From an uncultured Kiloniellales bacterium (GTDB taxonomy: Bacteria; Pseudomonadota; Alphaproteobacteria; Kiloniellales; JAKSDN01), in NCBI GenBank assembly GCA_947258885.1, contig CAMYKD010000022.1, positions 9,324-73,323 on the forward strand: a stretch of 64,000 bases of DNA, written 5' to 3'. This document shows positions 38,774-46,779 of this stretch, piece by piece. The notes beneath the pieces are model-generated. The model searched no databases, had not been told where the DNA came from, and worked only from the letters and a program-made list of their open reading frames with translations. Each line of letters begins with the position of its first letter. Position 1 is the first letter of the stretch. A program made the position numbers and the translations under genes.

Positions 38774-39439
38774 TCAGGCGCAGGCGGCGAGGATATCGCG
38801 GAGTTGCGAGCGCAGCGACCCCTTGCGTGGCGAGAACGACCCGTCGAAGGCCGCCGTGCCGATCGTGAAGGCATCGACCCCGGCGGCGGCAAGCGCGTGG
38901 ATCCGCTCCGGCGTATCGATGCTGCCGGCGACGATCAACTCGCCCGAAAGCGCGTCGCGCGCGGCGCGGACCAGGTCGAGCGGCTCCGCGTCTGCGGCGC
39001 GATAGGCCAAGAGGTCGACCCCCGCGCAGCCCAGCGCCTCCGCCCGGCGGCAATCGGCCGCGACATCGGCGGGGTCGCCGTGCAGGCGCGTAGGGTGGCC
39101 CTGGGGCCGGCCCGGAAAAGGATAGTAGGCGATGCCGCTGCCCTGAAGGATATCGAGCGTAGCCGCGACCTCGGTCCCGCCCAAAAGCCGGTCGACGCCG
39201 ATCTCGAGTGCGGTGCGCGCTGAATTCAGACAGGCCTCTGGTGTGGTACTTACCACTTCCATATAGCTGATGGCTTCGAGCGATTTGATCCTCGCGTTGA
39301 GCGCGGCAAGCGTGTCCTGCTCGACGCCGATATCCTTGAAACCAATATGCCAGACACTTGTTTCACGAATGGTATCAAAGACATCCAAGCAGTCTTCGAC
39401 TGTCTGATCGTCCCGCGTGAGCATGAAGATGAAGTCCAC
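38774..39439 (-). CDS. Putative TIM-barrel protein (GlpP/G3P-antiterminator-like or aldolase-like), function unknown
   Basis: 221 aa with a GTG start behind GGGAGG. Alternating beta/alpha pattern and a C-terminal AGSIDTPERIHALAAAGVDAFTIGTA phosphate-binding-like segment. The family call is tentative. Confidence 0.55.
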   Translation of the reverse strand: MDFIFMLTRDDQTVEDCLDVFDTIRETSVWHIGFKDIGVEQDTLAALNARIKSLEAISYMEVVSTTPEACLNSARTALEIGVDRLLGGTEVAATLDILQGSGIAYYPFPGRPQGHPTRLHGDPADVAADCRRAEALGCAGVDLLAYRAADAEPLDLVRAARDALSGELIVAGSIDTPERIHALAAAGVDAFTIGTAAFDGSFSPRKGSLRSQLRDILAACA

Positions 39440-39467
39440 CTTCGGGCCTCCCTTGCCGACCTATCGC

Positions 39468-39483
39468 TTGCAACATATTGCAA
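39468..39483. promoter_or_regulatory. Near-palindrome TTGCAACATATTGCAA, candidate DeoR operator
   Basis: 14 of 16 positions are self-complementary. Lies in the divergent intergenic region between the kinase operon and the ABC transporter operon. Confidence 0.25.
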
Positions 39484-39691
39484 AATGGTTGGCAGGTCCA
39501 ACAACGCACGTAGAATTGTGTTCCTGTCCGTGTTAGAGTTTGCCGCAAAACGGCCTTGCTGGGCTCGTCTTTGCCGCCGCGTTTGACGTAGTGTCGCCAA
39601 GATGGCGAGGAGAGAGCCGCGGAGCGGCCCCGCGGGCGAGCCTCGCAAGGCCGTTCTTGGTTTCGAGGACCTGAATGGGAGGACAGGCGAC

Positions 39692-41086
39692 ATGACAGAA
39701 CACACGAAATCTCGTTTCGGCAAGGTGTTGCGCTTGGGCGCTGCGGCCGGCAGCGTTTCGTTGACGCTCGCGTATGCCGCGGAGGCGGGCGCCTGGAGCC
39801 TCGAGGAGGCGGCCGCGCCCTACAAGGGCACGACGATTCGCACCATCGGCGAGTCGCTGCCGCCGCTGGAGGCGATGGACAAGCTGAAGCACAAGTTCGA
39901 GGAACGCACCGGCATCACGGTCGTCATCGAGCAGTACGAGCACTCCGAGGCGGTCAACAAGGTGATGCTCGACCTGAATTCGAAGCGCGGGCGCTACGAC
40001 TTCATTCTGCAGCCGCACCGCGAGCTGGGGCGTTTCGTGGCCAACGGCCATCTCGCGCCGATCGAGCGGTTCATGAACGACCCCAAGCTGCGCGATCCGG
40101 CCTTCAAGCCCGAGGAGGTGCTGTACCAGGGACTTTGGAAAGAGATCTCCTGGTACGAGGGCAAGGCCTACGGCTACCCCTTCACGGCGCTCACCATGTA
40201 CCTGTGGTACCGCAAGGATCTGCTCGAGGATCCCAAGGAGCAAGCCGGCTTCAAGGCCAAGTACGGCTACGACATGCAGGTGCCCGCCACCTGGGGCCAG
40301 TACCGCGATCTCGCCGAGTGGTTCACGCGGCCCGACGAGGGCTTCTACGGCACCGCCATCCAGGGCAAGCGCCACGAGGCGCTGTGGTACGAGTGGCTCA
40401 ACTTCCTCTACAGCTTCGGCGGCGACATGATGGAGGCGAAGTCCGGCAGCGAGTGCGGCCCGATCATCGTCAACAGCCCGGAGGCGGTCGAATCCCTCGA
40501 CTACTACAAGGGCCTGGTCGCTTATTCGCCATCGGACACGCTCAACTACTTCTGGGACGACGTCATGGTCGCCATGCAGCAGGGCAAGGCCTTCGAGATG
40601 ATCATGTGGAACGACGCGACCTATGCGGTCGAGGACCCGTCACAGAGCACGGTGTCCGGCAAGATGGGCTTCGACCTGATACCCCAGGGCAAGGGCGGCA
40701 AGGTCGGTCAGGTCGAGGGCTGGACCTACCTGATCCCGGCCTACGCCAAGAACAAAGAGGCGGCCTACCTGTTCATCCAGTGGATGATGGCGTTCGACCA
40801 GCAGCTCGAGCAGCACATGAACGGCGGCGCCTCGTCGCGGCCCGACGTCTACGCCAACCCCGACGTGAAGAAGATCACGTATTCCAAGGCCTCCATGGAC
40901 ACCAACGCGGTCGCCATCGCCAAGCCGACGATTCCCGAATCGCCCGATCTGACGGAGATCCTGGTGCTCGAGCTGAGCAACGTCCTGGCCGGCAAGAAGA
41001 CGTCCCAAGAGGGGCTCGACGACGCGGCGGTAGCCATGAACAAGCTGCTCGGGGACTGTGCGCCTTTGAAATTCCCGGTAAAGTGA
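39692..41086 (+). CDS. ABC transporter extracellular solute-binding protein (family 1, carbohydrate type)
   Basis: Start at ATG 39692 behind GGGAGGA. Signal peptide (MTEHTKSRFGKVLRLGAAAGSVSLTLAYA), then sugar-SBP-like sequence. Confidence 0.9.
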   Translation: MTEHTKSRFGKVLRLGAAAGSVSLTLAYAAEAGAWSLEEAAAPYKGTTIRTIGESLPPLEAMDKLKHKFEERTGITVVIEQYEHSEAVNKVMLDLNSKRGRYDFILQPHRELGRFVANGHLAPIERFMNDPKLRDPAFKPEEVLYQGLWKEISWYEGKAYGYPFTALTMYLWYRKDLLEDPKEQAGFKAKYGYDMQVPATWGQYRDLAEWFTRPDEGFYGTAIQGKRHEALWYEWLNFLYSFGGDMMEAKSGSECGPIIVNSPEAVESLDYYKGLVAYSPSDTLNYFWDDVMVAMQQGKAFEMIMWNDATYAVEDPSQSTVSGKMGFDLIPQGKGGKVGQVEGWTYLIPAYAKNKEAAYLFIQWMMAFDQQLEQHMNGGASSRPDVYANPDVKKITYSKASMDTNAVAIAKPTIPESPDLTEILVLELSNVLAGKKTSQEGLDDAAVAMNKLLGDCAPLKFPVK

Positions 41087-41120
41087 CGCGGACGGAGCTT
41101 TCGACCGCGAGGCAGCATCG

Positions 41121-42047
41121 GTGAACTTTCCGAGGGTGGGGAACGGCATTCTGGGCGGCGTTCTGGACCGGGGCGTCGGCCCGCTGTTCCTGGTGCCCGC
41201 TCTCCTGATGCTCGTCGTTCTTCTGGTCGGGCCCTTCCTCTACATGGTCGGCGTCAGCTTTACCGACCTGAGCTTCGCGCTGCCGGGCCACGACGGCAAC
41301 TTCGTCGGTTTCGAGAACTACCGGCGGCTGATGCGCGAGGACCCGGTGTTCTGGCAGAGCTTCGGCACCACGCTGGTCTTCGTATTTGGCGTCGTGTCGG
41401 TCGAGTTCGGCCTCGGTTTCGCGCTGGCTCTCTTGCTGTTCTACCATGTACAGCGCCGCCGCTTCGTTCTGACGCTATTGCTGATCCCGATGATGCTGGC
41501 GCCGGTCGCGGTTGGCCTGATGTGGAAGCTCATGCTTCACGGCGAGTTCGGCATGCTGACCCATTACCTAAGGGAGCTCGGGCTGCTGGACCCCCAGACC
41601 GCGCTACTCGGCAATCACGATCTCGTGCTGCCCACGGTGATGCTGGTCGACGTGTGGGAGTGGACACCCTTCGTCACGCTGGTCTTCCTGGCCGGCCTGC
41701 TCAGCCTGCCGCGCGAGCCCTTCGAGGCGGCGGTCATGGACGGGGCCCGGCCATGGCAGGTCTTCCGCGATATCACCGTGCCGCTGCTGCGGCCGATCAT
41801 CGCCCTGGTGCTGCTGCTTCGGGGGATCGACGCCTTCAAGGAATTCGACAAGGTGTTCATCTTGACCGGCGGCGGGCCCGGGACGGCGACCGAGTTGATC
41901 AGCATCTACGCCTGGCGGGTCAACTTCCGCAACTGGGATCTGGGGTACGGCGCGGTCTGCGCGTTCATGGTCTACCTCGTGGTGCTGATCCTCTGCGCCG
42001 TCTCCTACAAGGCCATCTACTGGACCGAGGGGAGGGCCGTGAAGTGA
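41121..42047 (+). CDS. ABC transporter permease (MalF/UgpA-like)
   Basis: 308 aa, six hydrophobic segments, EAA-type loop (EAAVMDGARPWQVFRDITVPLLRP). Confidence 0.9.
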   Translation: MNFPRVGNGILGGVLDRGVGPLFLVPALLMLVVLLVGPFLYMVGVSFTDLSFALPGHDGNFVGFENYRRLMREDPVFWQSFGTTLVFVFGVVSVEFGLGFALALLLFYHVQRRRFVLTLLLIPMMLAPVAVGLMWKLMLHGEFGMLTHYLRELGLLDPQTALLGNHDLVLPTVMLVDVWEWTPFVTLVFLAGLLSLPREPFEAAVMDGARPWQVFRDITVPLLRPIIALVLLLRGIDAFKEFDKVFILTGGGPGTATELISIYAWRVNFRNWDLGYGAVCAFMVYLVVLILCAVSYKAIYWTEGRAVK

Positions 42048-42862
42048 GGAAGCCGTGGCGCATGGCAGCGCTGGCCACCCTGGTCGCGGTCCTGGTGATC
42101 TCGCTGACGCCTTACCTCTGGCTGTTCATGACCTCGTTCAAGACGCGTCTCGACGCGCTGGCCGACGCGCCGGTCTGGCTGTTCACGCCGACCTTCGAGC
42201 ACTACCCCATGGTCTTCCTCGACAAGGGGTACCTGCCGATGGTGGGCAACAGCCTGATCGTTGCCGGCGTGACCACGGCGCTGTCCCTGGCGATCGGCGT
42301 TCCGGCCGCCTATGTCTTCGCGCGGCACGATTTCGCCGGCAAGGAGGACCTCTTCTTCTTCTTCCTGACGACCCGCATGGCGCCGCCGATCTCGGTGGTC
42401 GTACCGATGTTCCTGTTCTTCGGCTACGTCGGGCTGATCGATACGCGGACCTCGGTGATCCTGGCCCATTCGACCTTCAACCTGTCGCTGGTCGTGTGGA
42501 TGATGCGCGGCTTCTTCGCCGACATCCCGCGCGAGATCGACGAGGCGGCGCAGATGGACGGGCATACCCGCGCCGGCATGTTCCTGCGCGTGCTGCTGCC
42601 CTTGGCCGCCCCGGGCATGGCGGCCACCGCCGTGCTCTGCTTCATCCTCAGCTGGAACGAGTTCCTCTACGCGCTTATTCTCGTTGCCTTCGAGTCGCGC
42701 ACGCTGACCGTCGGCATCCCTGGCCTGGTGACGCCGCACGGCACCTTGTGGGGCCAGGTCGCGGCGGTCGCCATGGTCGCGACCCTGCCGATCGTGGTCT
42801 TCACCTTCCTCGTCCAGCGGCACCTGGTGCGCGGGCTCACTTTCGGCGCGGTAAAGGGGTAG
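42044..42862 (+). CDS. ABC transporter permease (MalG/UgpE-like)
   Basis: GTG 42044 (GTGA overlap), in frame in track ORF 41522..42862. EAA loop DEAAQMDGHTRAGMFLRVLLPLAAP. Confidence 0.9.
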   Translation: MRKPWRMAALATLVAVLVISLTPYLWLFMTSFKTRLDALADAPVWLFTPTFEHYPMVFLDKGYLPMVGNSLIVAGVTTALSLAIGVPAAYVFARHDFAGKEDLFFFFLTTRMAPPISVVVPMFLFFGYVGLIDTRTSVILAHSTFNLSLVVWMMRGFFADIPREIDEAAQMDGHTRAGMFLRVLLPLAAPGMAATAVLCFILSWNEFLYALILVAFESRTLTVGIPGLVTPHGTLWGQVAAVAMVATLPIVVFTFLVQRHLVRGLTFGAVKG

Positions 42863-42869
42863 GGCGTCC

Positions 42870-43925
42870 GTGGCCGTCGCGTTCCGAAACGTCACCAAGG
42901 TGTTTCCCGACGGAACCGTCGCGCTCGACGGCTTCAACCTCGACTTCGAAACCGGCGAGTTCGTGGTCCTGCTCGGGCCGTCGGGCAGCGGCAAGACGAC
43001 GGCTTGCCGCATCTTGGCCGGCCTCGAGCCGGCGACCTCGGGCCGCATCGAGGTCGGCGGCCGCGACATCACGGATTTGCCGCCGCGGGAGCGCGGCATG
43101 AGCATGGTGTTCCAGAACTACGCGCTCTATGCGCACAAGAGCGTGTACGACAACATCGCTTATCCGTTGCGCGTGCGCGGCGTGCCCAAGCAGAGGATCG
43201 AAGGCAGGGTGCGCGACACTGCCCGGCTTCTCCAGATCGACGAGCTGATGGGCCGCCGGCCGGGCCAGCTGTCGGGCGGCCAGGCCCAGCGCGTAGCCGT
43301 GGCCCGCGCCCTGGTGTGGCAGCCCGAGATCTGCCTGATGGACGAGCCGCTGAGCAACCTCGATGCGATCCTGCGCCTGCAGACCCGCACCGAGCTGAAG
43401 CGCCTGCACGCCGAGCTCAAGACCACTTTCGTCTTCGTCACTCACGACCAGGAGGAGGCGATGACGCTCGGCAACCGCATCGCCGTGCTGAAGGACGGCC
43501 GGCTGGTGCAGTTCGACACGCCCCGGGAGATCTACCACCGCCCGGCCAGCCGCTTCGTCGCCGAGTTCATCGGCCGCCCGGCCATGAACATAATCGAGGG
43601 AAGCGTCGCCGGAGGCGTGTTCCGCGCCGAGGGCCTCGATCTCGCCGTGCCGGACCGCTCCGACGGGACGGCGGCACTCGGCATTCGGCCGGAGCACATC
43701 CTACTGCATCGAAGCCCGCGTGATGGCATGCAGCCGTTCCATCTGGACGTGAAGGAGCTTGTCGAGCCCGATATCCTGCTGTTCTTGAGCAGTGGCCCGC
43801 TGTCGCTGGTCGTGCGCAGCAAGGCGGACCTAGCCAACCTCGACGACGGCGCCGAGGTCTATCTCGAGCTGCCGCGGGACCGGCTCCACTTCTTCGACGC
43901 CGAGACCGGCCTGCGCCGGCCATGA
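42870..43925 (+). CDS. ABC transporter ATP-binding protein (UgpC/MalK-like)
   Basis: Walker A GPSGSGKTT, signature LSGGQAQR, Walker B CLMDEP, and a C-terminal TOBE-like domain. Confidence 0.9.
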   Translation: MAVAFRNVTKVFPDGTVALDGFNLDFETGEFVVLLGPSGSGKTTACRILAGLEPATSGRIEVGGRDITDLPPRERGMSMVFQNYALYAHKSVYDNIAYPLRVRGVPKQRIEGRVRDTARLLQIDELMGRRPGQLSGGQAQRVAVARALVWQPEICLMDEPLSNLDAILRLQTRTELKRLHAELKTTFVFVTHDQEEAMTLGNRIAVLKDGRLVQFDTPREIYHRPASRFVAEFIGRPAMNIIEGSVAGGVFRAEGLDLAVPDRSDGTAALGIRPEHILLHRSPRDGMQPFHLDVKELVEPDILLFLSSGPLSLVVRSKADLANLDDGAEVYLELPRDRLHFFDAETGLRRP

Positions 43926-44086
43926 GCGGACTGCTCGGCCTCGTCCCCGTCGCGGTGGCGGCGCTCGGCTGGTACGGCCTCCACCGGCTCAACCGGCGAA
44001 AGCGCTGGTTCCGGATCGGCGAGGTCATATTCTGGGACGCGATCCTGCTCGTCCTGGTCTATCTCCTCTGGCTGCGCTGGTTCTAA
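43922..44086 (+). CDS. Small (54 aa) two-helix membrane protein, not in the ORF track
   Basis: My translation is MSGLLGLVPVAVAALGWYGLHRLNRRKRWFRIGEVIFWDAILLVLVYLLWLRWF*. The ATG overlaps the ATPase TGA (ATGA). Two hydrophobic helices flank a basic loop. Confidence 0.45.
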   Translation: MSGLLGLVPVAVAALGWYGLHRLNRRKRWFRIGEVIFWDAILLVLVYLLWLRWF

Positions 44087-44304
44087 GCGAGAGAACGTCA
44101 CGCCAGCCCGGCAGGAAACCGCCTGCCGCGCGGCACCTGCATAAATTTTGTGCGCTCCGGCTCGGCGATCGGCCATGGTCCGGCATCGAAGGTGGCACTC
44201 GCGCCCGGAAATTCGCCGCCTTGAACACGCTATGCTGTCTGGCATGGTTCTTGTAACGCTTCATCGATCGAGCCATTGGGGACATCGGAAACAGCGAATC
44301 GCCC

Positions 44305-46566
44305 ATGACCGAGAACGCGGCAAAGGAAGGATGGAGCGGATCGCGCCATCTGCTGCGTCAGCTGCGCGACCTCATGAAGGGGCGGGCGAGCGACGAGCAG
44401 CGTCTCGACCGCATCGTCGGGCTGATCGCCGGGCAGACGGCGGCCGAGGTCTGCTCGCTCTACCTATTGCGCCCCGGCGACGTCCTCGAGCTGTTCGCGA
44501 CCAAGGGCCTCAAGCCCGAAGCCGTGCATTTGACGCGGCTCCGGCTCGGCGAGGGCCTTGTCGGCGATATCGCCGCCCGGGCCCGGCCGCTCGCTCTGGC
44601 CGACGCCCAGGCCCACCCCAGTTTCGCCTACCGGCCAGAGACCGGAGAGGACATGTACCGCTCCCTCATGGGTGTCCCGATCCTGCGTGACGGGCGGGTC
44701 CTGGGGGTCATCGCCGTGCAAAACGTACAGCGGCGGGATTACGCGGCCGAGGAGATCGAGGCCCTGGAGACCGTCGCGATGGTGCTGGCGGAGGGGATGG
44801 CCGGCGGCGACCTTGCCGGACCGACCGAAAGCGGCCCGAGCCTGCAGCCGGCACGTCTGCCCGCCGCGCCGCTGACCGAGGGCCTGGGCTTGGGCGTCGC
44901 CGTTATGCACCAGCGCGGGATCGTGATCGCCAGGATCGTCGCAGAGGACCCCGAGCAGGAGTTGGACAGGCTGGCCGACTCCCTGGCGGCCATGCAGGCG
45001 TCCCTGGAGTCGTACGTGGAACAATCCGGTCCGGGCGAGACCCGCGAGGTGCTCGAGACTTTCCAGCTGTTCGCCCGGGACCGGGGCTGGTTGAACCGCA
45101 TCCAGGACGCCATTCGAAGCGGTCTGACCGCCGAGGCGGCGGTGCAGAAGGTGCAGAGCGATACCCGGGCGCGCATGGAGCAGATCGTCGATCCCTACCT
45201 GCGCGAGCGCCTCGTCGACCTCGAGGATCTGGGTTACGGCCTGCTGCGTCACCTGCTCGGCGACGACGGCCGCGCCGCGGCGGCGCGGCTGCCCCCGGAG
45301 GCCGTTCTGATCGCCCGTAACCTGGGGCCCGCGGAGCTGCTGGACTACGACCCGGCCCGCCTCAAGGCGGTGGTTCTGGCGGAGGGTTCGCCGAACGCCC
45401 ACGTGGCGATCGTCGCGCGCGCGCTCGAATTGCCGATGGTTGGCCGATGCTCCCAGGCGCTCACCCGCATCTGGCCGGGCGATTTCCTGGTCGTCGACGC
45501 CGACCACGGCCAGGTTCTGGCGCGTCCCGGACACGCGGTCCGGGAGACCTTGGCCGAGAGCCTGGAGGCCCGCAGACGCCGGAAGCAGGATCTCGCCGTC
45601 ATCCGCGATCTGCCGGCGGTCACCGCGGACGGCGTCGAGGTGTCGCTGAACGCCAATGCCGGGCTGTTGATCGACCTGCCGCAGGTCCGGGACTGTGGGG
45701 CCGAGGGAATCGGGCTGTATCGCACCGAGGTCCCTTTTATGGTGCGTGACGCCTTTCCGGACGTTGATACCCAAACCCGGCTCTATCGCCGCGTGCTCGA
45801 GGGCAGTGACGGCAAACCCGTCGTGTTTCGCACGCTCGACGTCGGCGGCGACAAGATTCTGCCCTATTGGAACGAGGTGGCCGAGGAGAACCCGGCCATG
45901 GGGTGGCGGGCGGTCCGCATTGGTCTGGACCGGCCGGTGCTGCTGCGCGAGCAGTTGCGTGCCTTAATTCGCGCCTCCGAGGGCCGCCCCCTTGACGTCA
46001 TGTTCCCCATGGTGAGCGAGGTGGCCGAGCTCGACCGCTGCCGGTCGATCCTGAACCTGGAGCTGAAGCTGGCCCGGGCCGAGGGCCGGACACTGCCGGA
46101 CCCTCTGTGCATCGGGATCATGATCGAGGTGCCGGCCCTGCTCTGGCAGCTGCCGGCGGTCTTCGAGAGGGTCGACTTCGTCTCGGTGGGCAGCAACGAC
46201 CTGATGCAGTTCCTCTTCGCGGTCGACCGGGGCAGCCCGGATCTGGCGCGACGCTACGACATCCTCTGCCCGACGGCTCTGAGGCTCTTCAAGGGACTGG
46301 TGGCCGAAGCGGAGCGCGCTGGCAAACCGATATCGCTGTGCGGCGAGCACGCCGGCCAACCGCTCGAGGCCATGGCGCTGCTCGGCTGCGGTTTCCGGAC
46401 CCTGTCGATGCCGCCCGCCAACATACCGCGCGTCAAGAACATGCTACGCGGCCTCGAGGTCGGGCCGCTCGCGGCTTACATCGACTTCCTGGCTGGGCAG
46501 ACCTGTCACAGCGTCCGCGAACGGCTCCGTCACTACGCGCGCGACCGCGGAGTGATCCTGGACTAA
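44305..46566 (+). CDS. ptsP: Phosphoenolpyruvate-protein phosphotransferase PtsP (EI-Ntr, GAF-domain Enzyme I)
   Basis: 753 aa. N-terminal GAF domain (EVCSLYLLRPGDVLELFATKGL, MGVPILRDGRVLGVIAVQ), phospho-His region GSPNAHVAIVARALELPMVG, and a PEP-utilising TIM barrel (SVGSNDLMQF, LCGEHAG). Confidence 0.9.
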   Translation: MTENAAKEGWSGSRHLLRQLRDLMKGRASDEQRLDRIVGLIAGQTAAEVCSLYLLRPGDVLELFATKGLKPEAVHLTRLRLGEGLVGDIAARARPLALADAQAHPSFAYRPETGEDMYRSLMGVPILRDGRVLGVIAVQNVQRRDYAAEEIEALETVAMVLAEGMAGGDLAGPTESGPSLQPARLPAAPLTEGLGLGVAVMHQRGIVIARIVAEDPEQELDRLADSLAAMQASLESYVEQSGPGETREVLETFQLFARDRGWLNRIQDAIRSGLTAEAAVQKVQSDTRARMEQIVDPYLRERLVDLEDLGYGLLRHLLGDDGRAAAARLPPEAVLIARNLGPAELLDYDPARLKAVVLAEGSPNAHVAIVARALELPMVGRCSQALTRIWPGDFLVVDADHGQVLARPGHAVRETLAESLEARRRRKQDLAVIRDLPAVTADGVEVSLNANAGLLIDLPQVRDCGAEGIGLYRTEVPFMVRDAFPDVDTQTRLYRRVLEGSDGKPVVFRTLDVGGDKILPYWNEVAEENPAMGWRAVRIGLDRPVLLREQLRALIRASEGRPLDVMFPMVSEVAELDRCRSILNLELKLARAEGRTLPDPLCIGIMIEVPALLWQLPAVFERVDFVSVGSNDLMQFLFAVDRGSPDLARRYDILCPTALRLFKGLVAEAERAGKPISLCGEHAGQPLEAMALLGCGFRTLSMPPANIPRVKNMLRGLEVGPLAAYIDFLAGQTCHSVRERLRHYARDRGVILD

Positions 46567-46629
46567 ACTTCATCTGCGATATTAGAAAAAGATGTGAACT
46601 ATCTATTATAAGGAAATTTTTCCGAACAA

Positions 46630-46643
46630 GGCATGTTCCTCGC
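46630..46643 (+). promoter_or_regulatory. Weak sigma-54-like -24/-12 element (GGCATG-N4-TCGC)
   Basis: GG at 46630-46631 and GC at 46642-46643 with the canonical 10-nt spacing. Immediately downstream of a roughly 60-nt AT-rich tract and about 135 nt upstream of the EI-paralog start. Confidence 0.15.
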
Positions 46644-46779
46644 GGCAAGGGGCGTATCGGTGGTGAACCGCTCGGGGCTACCGGCCGGAGGGCGAGAACC
46701 GATCAATCATTGACCGCTGTCCTCGGAACTGGCGGGATGAGGGTCGCACCTCTCGCTGTCGTGGAGCCTGGACCTATCG

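Noticed and set aside
44110-44127. Hairpin GGCAGG-AAACCG-CCTGCC after the ABC operon as an intrinsic terminator.
   Set aside because: No U-tract follows the stem. Short GC hairpins are expected by chance at this base composition.
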